Assembly: GCA_963771075.1 (NCBI GenBank)
Contig: CAVYSE010000024.1
Span: 115,867-179,866 of the forward strand
Reading direction: 5' to 3'
Length of the DNA stretch: 64,000 nt
Source of the DNA: a candidate division FCPU426 bacterium
GTDB taxonomy: Bacteria > Oederibacteriota > Muellerivitia > Muellerivitales > Muellerivitaceae
This document shows positions 9,905-19,883 of the stretch, in pieces (the stretch's first letter is position 1; each line of letters opens with the position of its first letter). Under the pieces are notes generated by a model. The model saw nothing but the letters and a program-made list of their open reading frames with translations, did no database searches and had not been told where the DNA came from. Made by a program: the position numbers and the translations under genes.

Positions 9905-10155
9905 AGTGAAAATGCGCCCTTTTCACAAAAAGGAAAAAGGGAAGTGTAAAGGGGATTTGGGTTTCAGCTTTGCCCGCCGTCTTTAGCAAAGCTTTTTTCA
10001 TGCGCGAAATAATGAATGACAATTGTCCCGTTTTTTCCTTCCAGAATGAAAAAATTCACTCATTAAAGGCGAATAGGCGCAAAATAGTTCGTGAAGTATC
10101 CAAACGGGGAGCGTGAGGATCTTACGATCTTCCGAATCAACATTCGGAGAATGCA

Positions 10156-11352
10156 ATGCGCCCCCCACTTATCCCACCAGCTTCCCGTAAGCTCTCATTC
10201 CACCTTCTCATCTTTCCGGCGGTGTTTTTGTTATTACCCTTGGCCCTATCCTGCGACCGTCTCCACGCTTACCTGCACCCCGACGCGGGCAAAGTCGGGT
10301 TTATCGACCACCAGGGAAAATTCGTCATCAAACCCCAGTATCAATGGATTCAGGGCTTCAAGGGCAACGTAGCCGCGGTGGAGGTGAAGAACCTGGATAA
10401 AAGCGCGGACGGTACCCAATACAACCTGACGGATAAATTCGGCGCCATCAACACGAGGGGGGAACTGGTCGTTCCGCTGGAATACGACACCGTGCGGGCC
10501 CTGGGCGACGGTTACATCATGGCCGAAAACGACAAGGGCTGGATCTTGTTCGACGAGAACGGGAAAAAACTTTGTCCCGAACCCTTCAAGCGGCAATTCA
10601 CGGATTCGGGGGACGGGCTGGTCGGATACGAGGAAATGCGCAAAGACGGTAGCCCGGAATTCGGCTTCCTGGACAAGGCCGGTAACCGCCTTTACACGAC
10701 CGTTTATCTCCACAACACGGAGACGCCGGCAAGGGTTTACAACGACCGTTTTGGCGAGGGGTTGGTTTGGGCGAGTGACGGGAAGGGACGCATGCTGGTG
10801 GACCGCGAAGGCAAGGTCGCGGCGCGTTTCACGAACTCGGGGGTGACCTTGAACGCCGAGATGCCTTTCGTGGGCGGTCTTTCGGCGGTGGCCACTTCCT
10901 TCACTAAGGACGACCAGAATTTTACGGAGCGATCCAACTGGGGCTACGTGAACACGAAGTGCGAATGGGTGGTTCCGGGCATGTATGCCGAGGCGCACGA
11001 TTTTTCCGAGGGTCTGGGATGCGTTAAGCTGGGAAAACTCTACGGTTTCGTGGACACGACGGGAAAGGAAGTCATCCCCCCGCAGTTCGACGACGTGGGC
11101 CAGGACGGCTTCGCGAACGGCCTTTGCGTGGTCTCCAAGGGAAAAAAGGACGCTTATTTTTTTATCGACACCCAGGGCAAGAGGGCCATCGACGCAGATT
11201 ATGAGGCCGCCTACGGGTTCCACGAGGGGCTGGCGGCGGTAAGGGTGAAGGGCCAATGGGGCTTTATCGACAAGACTGGGAAATTCGTGATCAAGCCGGT
11301 TTTCGAATCGGTGGGAAGCTTCAACAGCGGGCTGGCCGCGGCGTCCGAATAA
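10156..11352 (+). CDS. WG-repeat protein
   Basis: Repeated F.EGLA.V....WGFIDK.G..VI.P. Confidence 0.9.
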   Translation: MRPPLIPPASRKLSFHLLIFPAVFLLLPLALSCDRLHAYLHPDAGKVGFIDHQGKFVIKPQYQWIQGFKGNVAAVEVKNLDKSADGTQYNLTDKFGAINTRGELVVPLEYDTVRALGDGYIMAENDKGWILFDENGKKLCPEPFKRQFTDSGDGLVGYEEMRKDGSPEFGFLDKAGNRLYTTVYLHNTETPARVYNDRFGEGLVWASDGKGRMLVDREGKVAARFTNSGVTLNAEMPFVGGLSAVATSFTKDDQNFTERSNWGYVNTKCEWVVPGMYAEAHDFSEGLGCVKLGKLYGFVDTTGKEVIPPQFDDVGQDGFANGLCVVSKGKKDAYFFIDTQGKRAIDADYEAAYGFHEGLAAVRVKGQWGFIDKTGKFVIKPVFESVGSFNSGLAAASE

Positions 11353-11358
11353 AACCTA

Positions 11359-12312
11359 TTGGGGGTAACCGGCATGGGGGTAGGGATCAAGGCTTTGATG
11401 GCGGCGGGGTTGATCTTCGGAGGGTCTCTCGGGGCCGGGGCGCTGGGTTGCGAGGTCGCGGGCGAAGCTTGGCGTCCTGACAAGCCAGGCAAGCCCTATG
11501 AAGCGTTGACTTCAACGCAATACTATTCGAATTGCGCGGAATGCCAGGCGGCCATCGAGGATACTTACGCGAAATATCCCGGTTATTACCGGAATCTGCA
11601 ATGCGTGAATTGCGATTGCGGCCAAAGTGAGGGAAACGACAACGCCACCACGAGTCAATCTTCCCCGGACCCGTCGGCGAACGATCAAGCGGCTCAGCAG
11701 GCGGCGGATGAAAAAGAACGCGAGGCGAACCTGGCCAAGGAGCAGAAGTTCAAGGAAGACAAGCAGGACGCCTTGAGCCAGCTCAAAGGCGTTTCCGGGG
11801 ACAGCGACGAGGCCGCCGATGAAAAGGGCGTCGAACCGGTTTCGAAACAACTCAACGGGCCCCGTGAAAGGGCGGTCAGCATCTCGGGCGGGGGTTTTGA
11901 TCGTGCTTCCGGCAGGGCCAAACCGAAGGAATTGAATATCCCGCCCGCCTCGCCCCCGGTCCGGGAAGAGCCCCTGGTGACCCTCGAGAAACAAATCAAG
12001 CAATACCAAACCGACCTGGAAAAAAAGAAGAAAAAAATACAAGAACTGAATAGGAAGATCACCCAATTGGCCGTCAAGCTAAACGAAACATCCGCCCCTG
12101 AGGTTGAAAGCGCCCCCGCCACGCCCCCGCCAGGAGCGCCGGAGGCCAAGCCCACCCCGGCCCCGAAGGCCGACGACTCGGCCGCCAAGAAATTGGCCGA
12201 GCTGAACGCCCTGCGCCAGGCGGCCATGGCCGATCAGGCGGACCTCGAGAAAAAAATCAGCGATTCTGAAAAACAAGCCGATGAAATGAGCAAGCCCACA
12301 CCGATTCCCTGA
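11359..12312 (+). CDS. Secreted hypothetical protein, Cys-rich N-terminus and coiled coil
   Basis: Signal-like N-terminus, co-oriented in operon. Confidence 0.65.
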   Translation: MGVTGMGVGIKALMAAGLIFGGSLGAGALGCEVAGEAWRPDKPGKPYEALTSTQYYSNCAECQAAIEDTYAKYPGYYRNLQCVNCDCGQSEGNDNATTSQSSPDPSANDQAAQQAADEKEREANLAKEQKFKEDKQDALSQLKGVSGDSDEAADEKGVEPVSKQLNGPRERAVSISGGGFDRASGRAKPKELNIPPASPPVREEPLVTLEKQIKQYQTDLEKKKKKIQELNRKITQLAVKLNETSAPEVESAPATPPPGAPEAKPTPAPKADDSAAKKLAELNALRQAAMADQADLEKKISDSEKQADEMSKPTPIP

Positions 12313-12349
12313 GGGGCGGGTGGCCGAATTTTATTCAATGAGGTGACCC

Positions 12350-13282
12350 GTGAGACGATGGATGTTTGCGACCGGTTTGGGCTTGTGGTTATCCGCGTTT
12401 CTCTTGCCCGGCGCCGTTCAGGCCCAAGGCCTGGCGGATAACCATTGGATTGATGATGAGGTACTGCCGAAACTGGAAGCCATGAAAACGAGAGCCGCGA
12501 AGGATTTGGAGGCTGCCGAAGCGAAAATCAAGAGCGCCCGGAAAACCATCCAAAAGGCGGAGGCGCTCGAGGCTCAATACCAAAGCGCGGGGAATTCGAC
12601 TGGCGTCGAAGGGGCCAGGCAGGTGGAGGACATCGGGAAGCAAACCCTGGAGAAAGCCCAGGCCTGGAAGGAACGCACCCTCTTGAACCAACAGCGCGCC
12701 GGAAAGGCCATCGAAAGCGTGACCTATACCTTGGCCCACAACCTGGGGGGGAAGGCCAACGCGGTGGCCAGCGGTGTCACGGGCGATGTGAAGATCAGCC
12801 GGAACGGAAAATTCGCGGATTTGTACGGTTCGGACGGGGATTTCCTGGTTCCGGGCGACAAGATCCAGACCGGCGCGGACGGCCGGATCGACCTGGTGAT
12901 GAAGGACGGCCACAAGATTCACATGGAACCCCACTCGACCCTGACCTTCGAAAAGGATGAGGTTTCCTTTCTCGCGGAAGGCGAAATGGCGTCGATGAAA
13001 AAATGGATCAAGGAAAAAATGAGGAAAAAGTTCGAGGTCAGAACCCCTGCGGCGATTTGCGGGGTCCGTGGGACCGAATACTCCATTCACTCGGCCCGGG
13101 ACGGCACGGCGATCGAGGTGCATGAGGGCTCCGTGGAAGTCTGGGACTCGAAAAAGACCCAATCGGTAATAGTGGAGGCGGGCTTCAAGACATTCGTGCC
13201 GAATGACGGTTTGCCTGGAACACCTGAAAAGGACGGCACCTGGAAAACCCTGGATTGGGACGCCCCGATCGCCGGGGAATAG
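12350..13282 (+). CDS. FecR-domain secreted protein
   Basis: GD.I.TG.DG, FEVRTP.A..GVRGT, V.EG.V. Confidence 0.85.
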   Translation: MRRWMFATGLGLWLSAFLLPGAVQAQGLADNHWIDDEVLPKLEAMKTRAAKDLEAAEAKIKSARKTIQKAEALEAQYQSAGNSTGVEGARQVEDIGKQTLEKAQAWKERTLLNQQRAGKAIESVTYTLAHNLGGKANAVASGVTGDVKISRNGKFADLYGSDGDFLVPGDKIQTGADGRIDLVMKDGHKIHMEPHSTLTFEKDEVSFLAEGEMASMKKWIKEKMRKKFEVRTPAAICGVRGTEYSIHSARDGTAIEVHEGSVEVWDSKKTQSVIVEAGFKTFVPNDGLPGTPEKDGTWKTLDWDAPIAGE

Positions 13283-13291
13283 GGAGGACCT

Positions 13292-14038
13292 ATGAAAAAA
13301 AACGCAGCCTATCTATGGGCCTTCTGGGCACTGACCCTGCTGAACGCGCAGGCCGCGAAGGTGCCGGCGGAAGCCAAGAAGCACCTGAACTACGGCACCG
13401 CGGCGCTGGAGATGGCCACGGATGAGACGGGCTATCAAAAGGCGGCGGTGGAGTTCGGGGTCGCGACCCAGTTGGCCCCCCGGTGGCCGGCGCCCTATTA
13501 CGACCTGGGCGTCATCTATTCCAAGATGAATCGTTTTGATGATGCCTTATGGTATTACAACAGATACCTGGAACTCTCCCCCAAGGCCAAGGATGCGGAA
13601 AAGGTCAAGAGCGAGATCGACAAGCTTCAGTATAAGAAGGAACAGCAATCCGATAAGAGCCGTTATTGTGGGGAATGGTGCGGCGTCATCAATCCGTCGA
13701 CGAGATTCTGCGATTTCAATTTAGAGTTATATCAAAATCCAAATAACAAGACCCTTTATCACCTGCTGGCTTGGTGCGCGAACGAGGATGATTGCGGCGA
13801 GGATACGGGATGGTCCATCACGGTGGATGATCTAAGGATCGGGCCCGATAATAAATTCGACGCGACGGGTGTCATTGCCAAACTGAAAGGGGAAAATAAA
13901 ACCGTCCTCGGCTCGGGTCGAGTCATGGGTTCGTTGAGCGACAAGGATAGTAATGGAGAGGGTAAAGACATGATCAACCTTGGTTTTCTGTTCAGGGGGG
14001 AGTGGTATTCGTTGGCCTTCAAGAAGGCCGGCAACTGA
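13292..14038 (+). CDS. Secreted TPR protein
   Basis: AP.WPAPYY.LG..Y...YLELSP.A.DA. Confidence 0.85.
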   Translation: MKKNAAYLWAFWALTLLNAQAAKVPAEAKKHLNYGTAALEMATDETGYQKAAVEFGVATQLAPRWPAPYYDLGVIYSKMNRFDDALWYYNRYLELSPKAKDAEKVKSEIDKLQYKKEQQSDKSRYCGEWCGVINPSTRFCDFNLELYQNPNNKTLYHLLAWCANEDDCGEDTGWSITVDDLRIGPDNKFDATGVIAKLKGENKTVLGSGRVMGSLSDKDSNGEGKDMINLGFLFRGEWYSLAFKKAGN

Positions 14039-14076
14039 ATCCTGCACCAAGGATGAGGATCTAAGGAGTTCATATC

Positions 14077-14700
14077 GTGATGACAGTTGAGCCTGCGACT
14101 TCAGGTGTTTTCGACGATATCAAGGATCAGAACGAGGAGATACTTTGGGTCGGCAAGCCCAACGCCTTTTGCTTTGTCTTTTATGGGATCCCGTTTCTGA
14201 TCCTGGGCTTGGCCTGGGGATGTATCGACGTTTTCATTCTGATCCAAATGATGAACAGCGGGGATGAAATGATGGGGTTCGGCATCCCCTTTCTATTGCT
14301 CCATTCTTTCCCTTTGTGGGGCAGTTTCCTGTTCATGGGCTGGTTATGGCTGGCGCACGGAAAGACCTTTTATGCCTATTCCAACCGCCGGTTGTTGGTC
14401 CGGACGGGCGCCATCGGGACGGATTACAAGACCTACGATTACGACCAGTTATCCAACCTGGAGGTCCGGCAAGGCCCCATCCAAAAGAGCTTCAACGTCG
14501 GGACCATCCGATTCAATACTGGGCAAACCGATTCCGAGGGAAAGATGCTCACCCACTCATTCAGGGCCATCCCCGCCGCCTTCGAGGTGTTCAAGAAGAT
14601 CAAGGAAGTCTCGATGGACGTCAAAACGGACGAATTTTATCCCAATGCCCGGCGTCCTTCGGAAAACGAAGGATATAAGACCCGTTACAAACCTCGCTAA
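14077..14700 (+). CDS. Membrane protein with bacterial PH domain
   Basis: E.ILW.GKP, two TMs, Y..SNRR, FNVGTI. Confidence 0.75.
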   Translation: MMTVEPATSGVFDDIKDQNEEILWVGKPNAFCFVFYGIPFLILGLAWGCIDVFILIQMMNSGDEMMGFGIPFLLLHSFPLWGSFLFMGWLWLAHGKTFYAYSNRRLLVRTGAIGTDYKTYDYDQLSNLEVRQGPIQKSFNVGTIRFNTGQTDSEGKMLTHSFRAIPAAFEVFKKIKEVSMDVKTDEFYPNARRPSENEGYKTRYKPR

Positions 14701-14745
14701 AGAGGGGCTTGGACCCGGTTTTGAAACAGAGGTTTGGGAGGCCTT

Positions 14746-15456
14746 ATGAAAAAGCTAACGATCTTAATATCGATCCTGACCCTGTTGGTTTTCACCAGGG
14801 CCCAGGCTGCGAAATTGCCGGAGGAGGCCAAGAAGCACATGGCCTTCGGCGCCGCGGCGCTGGAAATGGCCCAAAGCGACGACGGTTTCAAGAAAGCGGC
14901 CGTGGAATTCGAGGCCGCTGCCAAGCTGGCCCCCAAGTGGCCGGCCCCCTATTACAACCTGGGGGTGGTCTATTCCAAACTGGAGGATTGGGAGGACGCC
15001 CTGGCGAATTACAACAAATACCTTGAGCTATCCCCCAAGGCCAAGGACGCGGATGCGGTCAAGAGCGAGATCTACAAGATCCAATACAAGAAGGAACAGC
15101 AATTCGACCTGGGCCAGTTCCAGGGATTTTACAACTCGGAAAAATTCTCCCTGGCTTTCCGGGATCTCGGCATGGGCCATGGGAAGATCCAGATCACCTG
15201 CCAATCGGGGGAGGATTTTGTCCTTTGGAACGACGATGTCGAATTGAAAGAGGATAAGGCGACCGGCCGCATGACATTCAAGGCCCTGTTCAACCAAGCC
15301 GAGAATGACCGCATGGAAAAGACCGGGGAACAAGAAGTCTCGGGATACTTTATACCCTCCGCTAAAAACCCAAATGGGGAAACTTGGGCGGTGACGCATT
15401 GTACTTTCCATAATGAGGGGTGGTTCTTCGAGTTCAAGATGTACCAGAAGAACTAA
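14746..15456 (+). CDS. Secreted TPR protein (paralog of 13292)
   Basis: First ~120 aa highly similar, C-terminus dissimilar. Confidence 0.85.
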   Translation: MKKLTILISILTLLVFTRAQAAKLPEEAKKHMAFGAAALEMAQSDDGFKKAAVEFEAAAKLAPKWPAPYYNLGVVYSKLEDWEDALANYNKYLELSPKAKDADAVKSEIYKIQYKKEQQFDLGQFQGFYNSEKFSLAFRDLGMGHGKIQITCQSGEDFVLWNDDVELKEDKATGRMTFKALFNQAENDRMEKTGEQEVSGYFIPSAKNPNGETWAVTHCTFHNEGWFFEFKMYQKN

Positions 15457-15510
15457 GGTCCGGGTGGGGTGTCCGCCGGGCACAGGATTAGGATCTATTC
15501 CACCGCCTTT

Positions 15511-15841
15511 GGGTCGAGGCCCCAAGCCGAGACACATGACTTGATTGTGCCGATTCCAGACGGGAATCGGTTAGCGAAGGATTTGGCAATTGGCGTGATC
15601 ACCGAGGCTTCGGCCTGTCCGCCGTAGCCTTGGCGAAGGTGGAAGCTTCTGGAGCATTTCCGGCTGCTTGGATTGGTTTATCTTAGCTGGCTGCCGACTG
15701 TCTCCTGCCTCGAACCAACAAGCTTTTGCATTGAGGCTTCATGCCGAAATGCATGTTTTAAATGTCCCGGAACAAAAGTTAAAAGGTTCCGGGGGTGAGA
15801 GGCATGGTTTGGTGATCCCAATTGCCTTTGTGCAATTGGGG
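15511..15841 (+). repeat. Two copies of the two-hairpin repeat (GA orientation); second has a 77-nt loop insert
   Basis: gggtc-GA-ggc-cccaa-gcc-GA-gacac at 15511; gcctc-GA-acc[15717-15793]ggt-GA-gaggc; each followed by TTGRT and a hairpin. Confidence 0.8.
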
Positions 15842-15856
15842 CCGACTGGTTTTTAG

Positions 15857-15952
15857 ATGAGACTTTACTCCGGTTCCTCCGCGCAGTTCATCCAGGATTT
15901 CACCCGCAACCAGATTGCCGATAAGCTCAAAGATTCCTTTTTCAGGTATTTT
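15857..15952 (+). pseudogene. N-terminal remnant resembling a DUF2075 (Schlafen-like helicase) protein
   Basis: Translates MRLYSGSSAQFIQDFTRNQIADKLKDSFFRYF, then runs into repeats. Confidence 0.55.
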
Positions 15953-16066
15953 TGCTGCGGATTGCCGACCTGGCCGCAGAAGCTTTAGCGTAGGCGTGCC
16001 TGTCGTCTGATGGTTTTCCTGTCGACTGTCGACCGCGGACTGTCGACGGGTGTATATAATAAGTCC

Positions 16067-16357
16067 ATGAAACCGATCAAAATACTCGCGAAAAACAGAA
16101 ACAAAATCCTCGAACTAGCCCGTTTACACGGCGCCACCCGGGTCCGGGTTTTCGGCTCCGTCGCGCGGGGAGAGGCCGACCGTAAAAGCGACATTGATTT
16201 TCTCGTCCAAATGGAACCAGGCCGCACTCTTCTGGATATGGGGGCGCTGTTAATGGATCTGCAACGAACCCTGGGGCGCCCGGTCGATGTGGTGACGGAA
16301 AAAGGCCTTAAGGACCGTATCCGTGAAAAGGTTCTCCGCGAGGCGGTGCCTCTGTGA
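16067..16357 (+). CDS. MNT nucleotidyltransferase antitoxin (MntA-like)
   Basis: VFGSVARGE....SDID.LV; overlaps HEPN gene. Confidence 0.92.
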   Translation: MKPIKILAKNRNKILELARLHGATRVRVFGSVARGEADRKSDIDFLVQMEPGRTLLDMGALLMDLQRTLGRPVDVVTEKGLKDRIREKVLREAVPL

Positions 16358-16752
16358 GGGATTTAAGGGTGCGGATCCTGGATATGCTGGACGCGATCGA
16401 ACGCGTCGAGAAATACGTCTCCCAGGGCCGAAAAGCGTTTGAAACGGATGAGTTGATCCAAGTATTTATCGTGCACCATCTCCAAATTTTGGGAGAAGCG
16501 GCATATAAAATCCCCCCCGGGTTCCGTAAGCATTATCCTGAAATTCATTGGGATTCCATTCAAGGCATGCGCCATATCCTGGTCCATGATTATTTCCAGG
16601 TTGATCTGGACGTGGTCTGGGGGGTGGTGGAAAAAGACTTGCCTGATTTGAAACAGAAACTCCAAGATATTCAATTTCCAACCGCCCAAGAACCCCACGC
16701 CGTTTACAAGGCTGGTAAAGCCAAAAAGGCAAAAGCTAAAAAACGCAAATGA
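16354..16752 (+). CDS. HEPN/DUF86 toxin (HepT-like)
   Basis: ILGEAA, GMRHILVHDY (RX4H), VDLDVVW. Confidence 0.92.
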   Translation: MRDLRVRILDMLDAIERVEKYVSQGRKAFETDELIQVFIVHHLQILGEAAYKIPPGFRKHYPEIHWDSIQGMRHILVHDYFQVDLDVVWGVVEKDLPDLKQKLQDIQFPTAQEPHAVYKAGKAKKAKAKKRK

Positions 16753-16902
16753 TGTGATGTTGCTAATACCTAAAAGCCAACCGCTAGATGCAGTTAGCAG
16801 ACCGCAGTTCGCAGCTAGCAGCTAGACTTGGTCACCTTTCCTGCGGACTTTCGTCTGATGGTCTCCCTGTCGACTGTGGACTGCGGACTGTCGACTGGTG
16901 TC

Positions 16903-17382
16903 TTGCATGGTTTGCAGGAATTCAATGATGCCAAACTGATCTTGCCAAGCTCTAAGCGAGATTGGCCTAAATGCGAGAACCTGGAAGAGAGATATAATCA
17001 GTTCCGCGCAAGTTAAAGGCTGACTTTTGAATCAAAATTGTTGTACCCGCCGAAGCCGCCTGTCCGCCGAAGCCTTGGCGAAGGAGGATGGCGAAGGAGG
17101 ATGGCGAAGGTGGATGGCGAAGGAGGATGGCGAAGGAGGATGGCGTAGGAGGGCCCAAACAGGAGAACCTTGAGGAAAGGTATAATCAGTTTCGGGCAAG
17201 TTGATGATGATTATGAATTGGGACCTAAAATGGTGAATGGGGGCCTGACCCTTTTTTCTCTTTGTATCTTCGAGCTAGCGCTTACGAACTGTGGTTTGCT
17301 GACTGGTGTTATATAATCAGTTTCGCGCGAGTTGATATTCGATATTTAGAAAATTAATAAATGATGACTGAACCCATTCACA
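16903..17382 (+). repeat. Direct repeat copy 1 (HNH gene 3' end plus downstream block)
   Basis: Matches 19020-19460; encodes LHGLQEFN...EERYNQFRAS*. Confidence 0.9.
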
Positions 17383-17432
17383 CTAAATCGGGGGAACTCC
17401 ACCTTTGTTCCTTCTAAGCGGGAGAAAATCAA

Positions 17433-18059
17433 ATGCGACTTAAATCTAAATTTGTTGTTTTACTGGTAATCCTATCAACCCTTGTTATGGGTTGTGTAAC
17501 GACAAACACTGAAAGTGTTATTAATCCTGATTTCCAAGGTAATTATTACCGAAAAATATTGGTATTAGCTTGTTTATCTGATATTGGGTCACAGAAAACT
17601 GTCGAAAATCATGTAGTTGAAAAGCTTCAAGCGTATGGGATTAAGGCGGTGCCGAGCTACACTTTTTTCTTTCGCGGCGATGAATTAACGGATAAACAAA
17701 AAATAAAGAAAATTCAATCAGCTGGTTTTGACGCTATTCTTACAATCAAATTTACAAATTCCTATACAACGGATGTTTATGTCCCGCAGAATACCTATAC
17801 AAGTAACAGTACTTATGTGACGCCTTATGGGTTCAACAACAAACAGTCGACCTATCAAACAGGTGGTTATTATTTATCTCAACCAAATTTCGAAATTAAT
17901 TCACAACTTCAGGAAACAAAAAAATACAAAGTGGTTTGGACAAGCGACTCGGATAGTCATGGTTGCGAAATTTGTGACTTTTCAAGAATTATGGGTTCTT
18001 TCGCTGACTCGGTCGTTACCAAAATGGCTGGAGATGGTGTATTAGGGGAACTTCCGTAA
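17433..18059 (+). CDS. AT-rich putative lipoprotein
   Basis: Lipobox LVMG-C; visibly lower GC than neighbours. Confidence 0.75.
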   Translation: MRLKSKFVVLLVILSTLVMGCVTTNTESVINPDFQGNYYRKILVLACLSDIGSQKTVENHVVEKLQAYGIKAVPSYTFFFRGDELTDKQKIKKIQSAGFDAILTIKFTNSYTTDVYVPQNTYTSNSTYVTPYGFNNKQSTYQTGGYYLSQPNFEINSQLQETKKYKVVWTSDSDSHGCEICDFSRIMGSFADSVVTKMAGDGVLGELP

Positions 18060-18221
18060 CCCACCCCAAAACCAAGTGTCGATAATAATCCGGATGAGTG
18101 ATTAAAAGTGCCTATCTGTTAGTTTGTTGAAGAGAGATTTGGTGATAAAACACACTAATTATTTCTTGGTCTTAACGCCTAATTCCTAACTCCTCCCCCC
18201 TAACTGTCCTAGAATGCTTCT

Positions 18222-19133
18222 GTGACCTCTCTTGACCAACAAGTTCGGCTCAAGGCTTTTGACCTCCTCAAACAATTGCAATCCATCTATGGGGACAACA
18301 TACCCCGCGCGTTATTGGAAAAAGGGTTTGAATTCGAGGGGCGTAAAGTACCTTTAATCGGCCCCCAGGGCATCTTTAAACCCGCCATCCTTCCTGAAAT
18401 TCCCATCAGCATCACCACCGCGCCGATCGTGGAGGGGCGGCCACGGCCTTATGACGATTCTTCCGAAGATGGGTATGTGAAGTACAAATACCGGGGGACC
18501 GACCCAGACCATCATGAAAACGTGGGGCTTCGGAAGGCCATGGTGCAAAAGATACCCTTGATTCATTTTTATGGGGTGGTTCCAGGGATCTATACCGCCG
18601 TTTGGCCTGTTTACATCGTGGGGGATAACCCCAAACAACTCACCTTTACCGTGGCGGTGGACCAACCTGACCATCTATATGAAGGCGAAGAGAAGGTCGT
18701 GGATTTTGCCGCCGAATCCAGGCGTCGATACCAGACCGTTGAAACCCAAATGAGGCTTCACCAGGCGGGTTTTCGCTATAAGGTCTTAAAAGCCTATGAA
18801 GAAAGTTGCGCCATCTGCCATTTGAAGCATACCCAACTCTTAGAAGCGGCCCATATTCTTCCTGATACCCACCCCAACGGCTTACCCATTGTCGTGAATG
18901 GCATTTCCCTTTGCAAAATCCACCATGGGGCCTATGACAGCAATATCATTGGAATCCGACCCGATTATGTGGTGGAACTGAAGAGGGAAGTGATGGAAGA
19001 GAAGGATGGCCCCATGCTTTTGCATGGTTTGCAGGAATTCAATGAAGCCAAGATGATCTTGCCCAAATCCGAGAAAAACTGGCCCAAACGTGAGAACTTG
19101 GAAGAGAGATATAATCAGTTTCGCGCAAGTTAA
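18222..19133 (+). CDS. HNH endonuclease (putative restriction-type)
   Basis: Q..FR..VL.AY..CAIC, LEAAHI, NGISLCKIHH.AYD. Confidence 0.9.
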   Translation: MTSLDQQVRLKAFDLLKQLQSIYGDNIPRALLEKGFEFEGRKVPLIGPQGIFKPAILPEIPISITTAPIVEGRPRPYDDSSEDGYVKYKYRGTDPDHHENVGLRKAMVQKIPLIHFYGVVPGIYTAVWPVYIVGDNPKQLTFTVAVDQPDHLYEGEEKVVDFAAESRRRYQTVETQMRLHQAGFRYKVLKAYEESCAICHLKHTQLLEAAHILPDTHPNGLPIVVNGISLCKIHHGAYDSNIIGIRPDYVVELKREVMEEKDGPMLLHGLQEFNEAKMILPKSEKNWPKRENLEERYNQFRAS

Positions 19134-19460
19134 GCGCTGACTTTTGAAGCGAAATTGGTTTACCCGCCGAAGCCGCCTGTCCGCCGAAGCCTTGGCGAAG
19201 GAGGATGGCGAAGGAGGATGGCGTAGGAGGGCCCAAACAGGAGAACCTTGAGGAAAGATATAATCAGTTTCGGGCAAGTTGATGATGATTATGAATTGGG
19301 ACCTAAAATGGTGAATGGGAGCCTGACCCTTTTTTCTCTTTGTATCTTCGAGCTAGCGCTTACGAACTGTGGTTTGCTGACTGGTGTTATATAATCAGTT
19401 TCGCGCGAGTTGATATTCGATATTTAGAAAATTAATAAATGATGACTGACCCCATTCACA
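19020..19460 (+). repeat. Direct repeat copy 2
   Basis: Matches 16903-17382 with fewer TGGCGAAGGAGGA units. Confidence 0.9.
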
Positions 19461-19534
19461 TTCGGATTTGACGGGCGTTCGCCAAGAGGCTTCTAAAGTG
19501 TAAAATGTAGGCCTGGCCCCTTTCTTCTTCGACA

Positions 19535-19793
19535 GGGGGGAGATGGGCGGCTATTCTTTACAGCTTGGTAGCCTCGTGTAAACGACACAAGATTGACCCT
19601 TACTTTTATCTACGGGATGTTATTAGCCGGGTAAAAACTCATCCCATGAGTCGGATTCGGGAATTACTGCCCGCCACCTACATGCCCGGCCCCGCTCCGG
19701 AAGCGCCGATATTCCAGACTGCCAAGCCCGAGCTTCCTCAAAAAACGCAAAACATACTTGCCCTTCCATGAAATGGCGTAACCCGACAGTTAC
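19535..19793 (+). mobile_element. IS66-family transposase C-terminal remnant with probable right end
   Basis: AAILYSLVASCKRHKIDPYFYLRDV...ELLP; ends ...ACAGTTAC. Confidence 0.75.
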
Positions 19794-19883
19794 ATTTATC
19801 GAAGCATGACATGTGTCATACAGGGAAAATGTTTTCCTTCCTATTATTAAAACATTGTTTATTTTTTTGGGAGGAGGCTTTTT

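Noticed and set aside
16903..19133. Diversity-generating retroelement template/variable repeat pair
   Set aside because: No reverse transcriptase in the window and the differences are not restricted to adenines.
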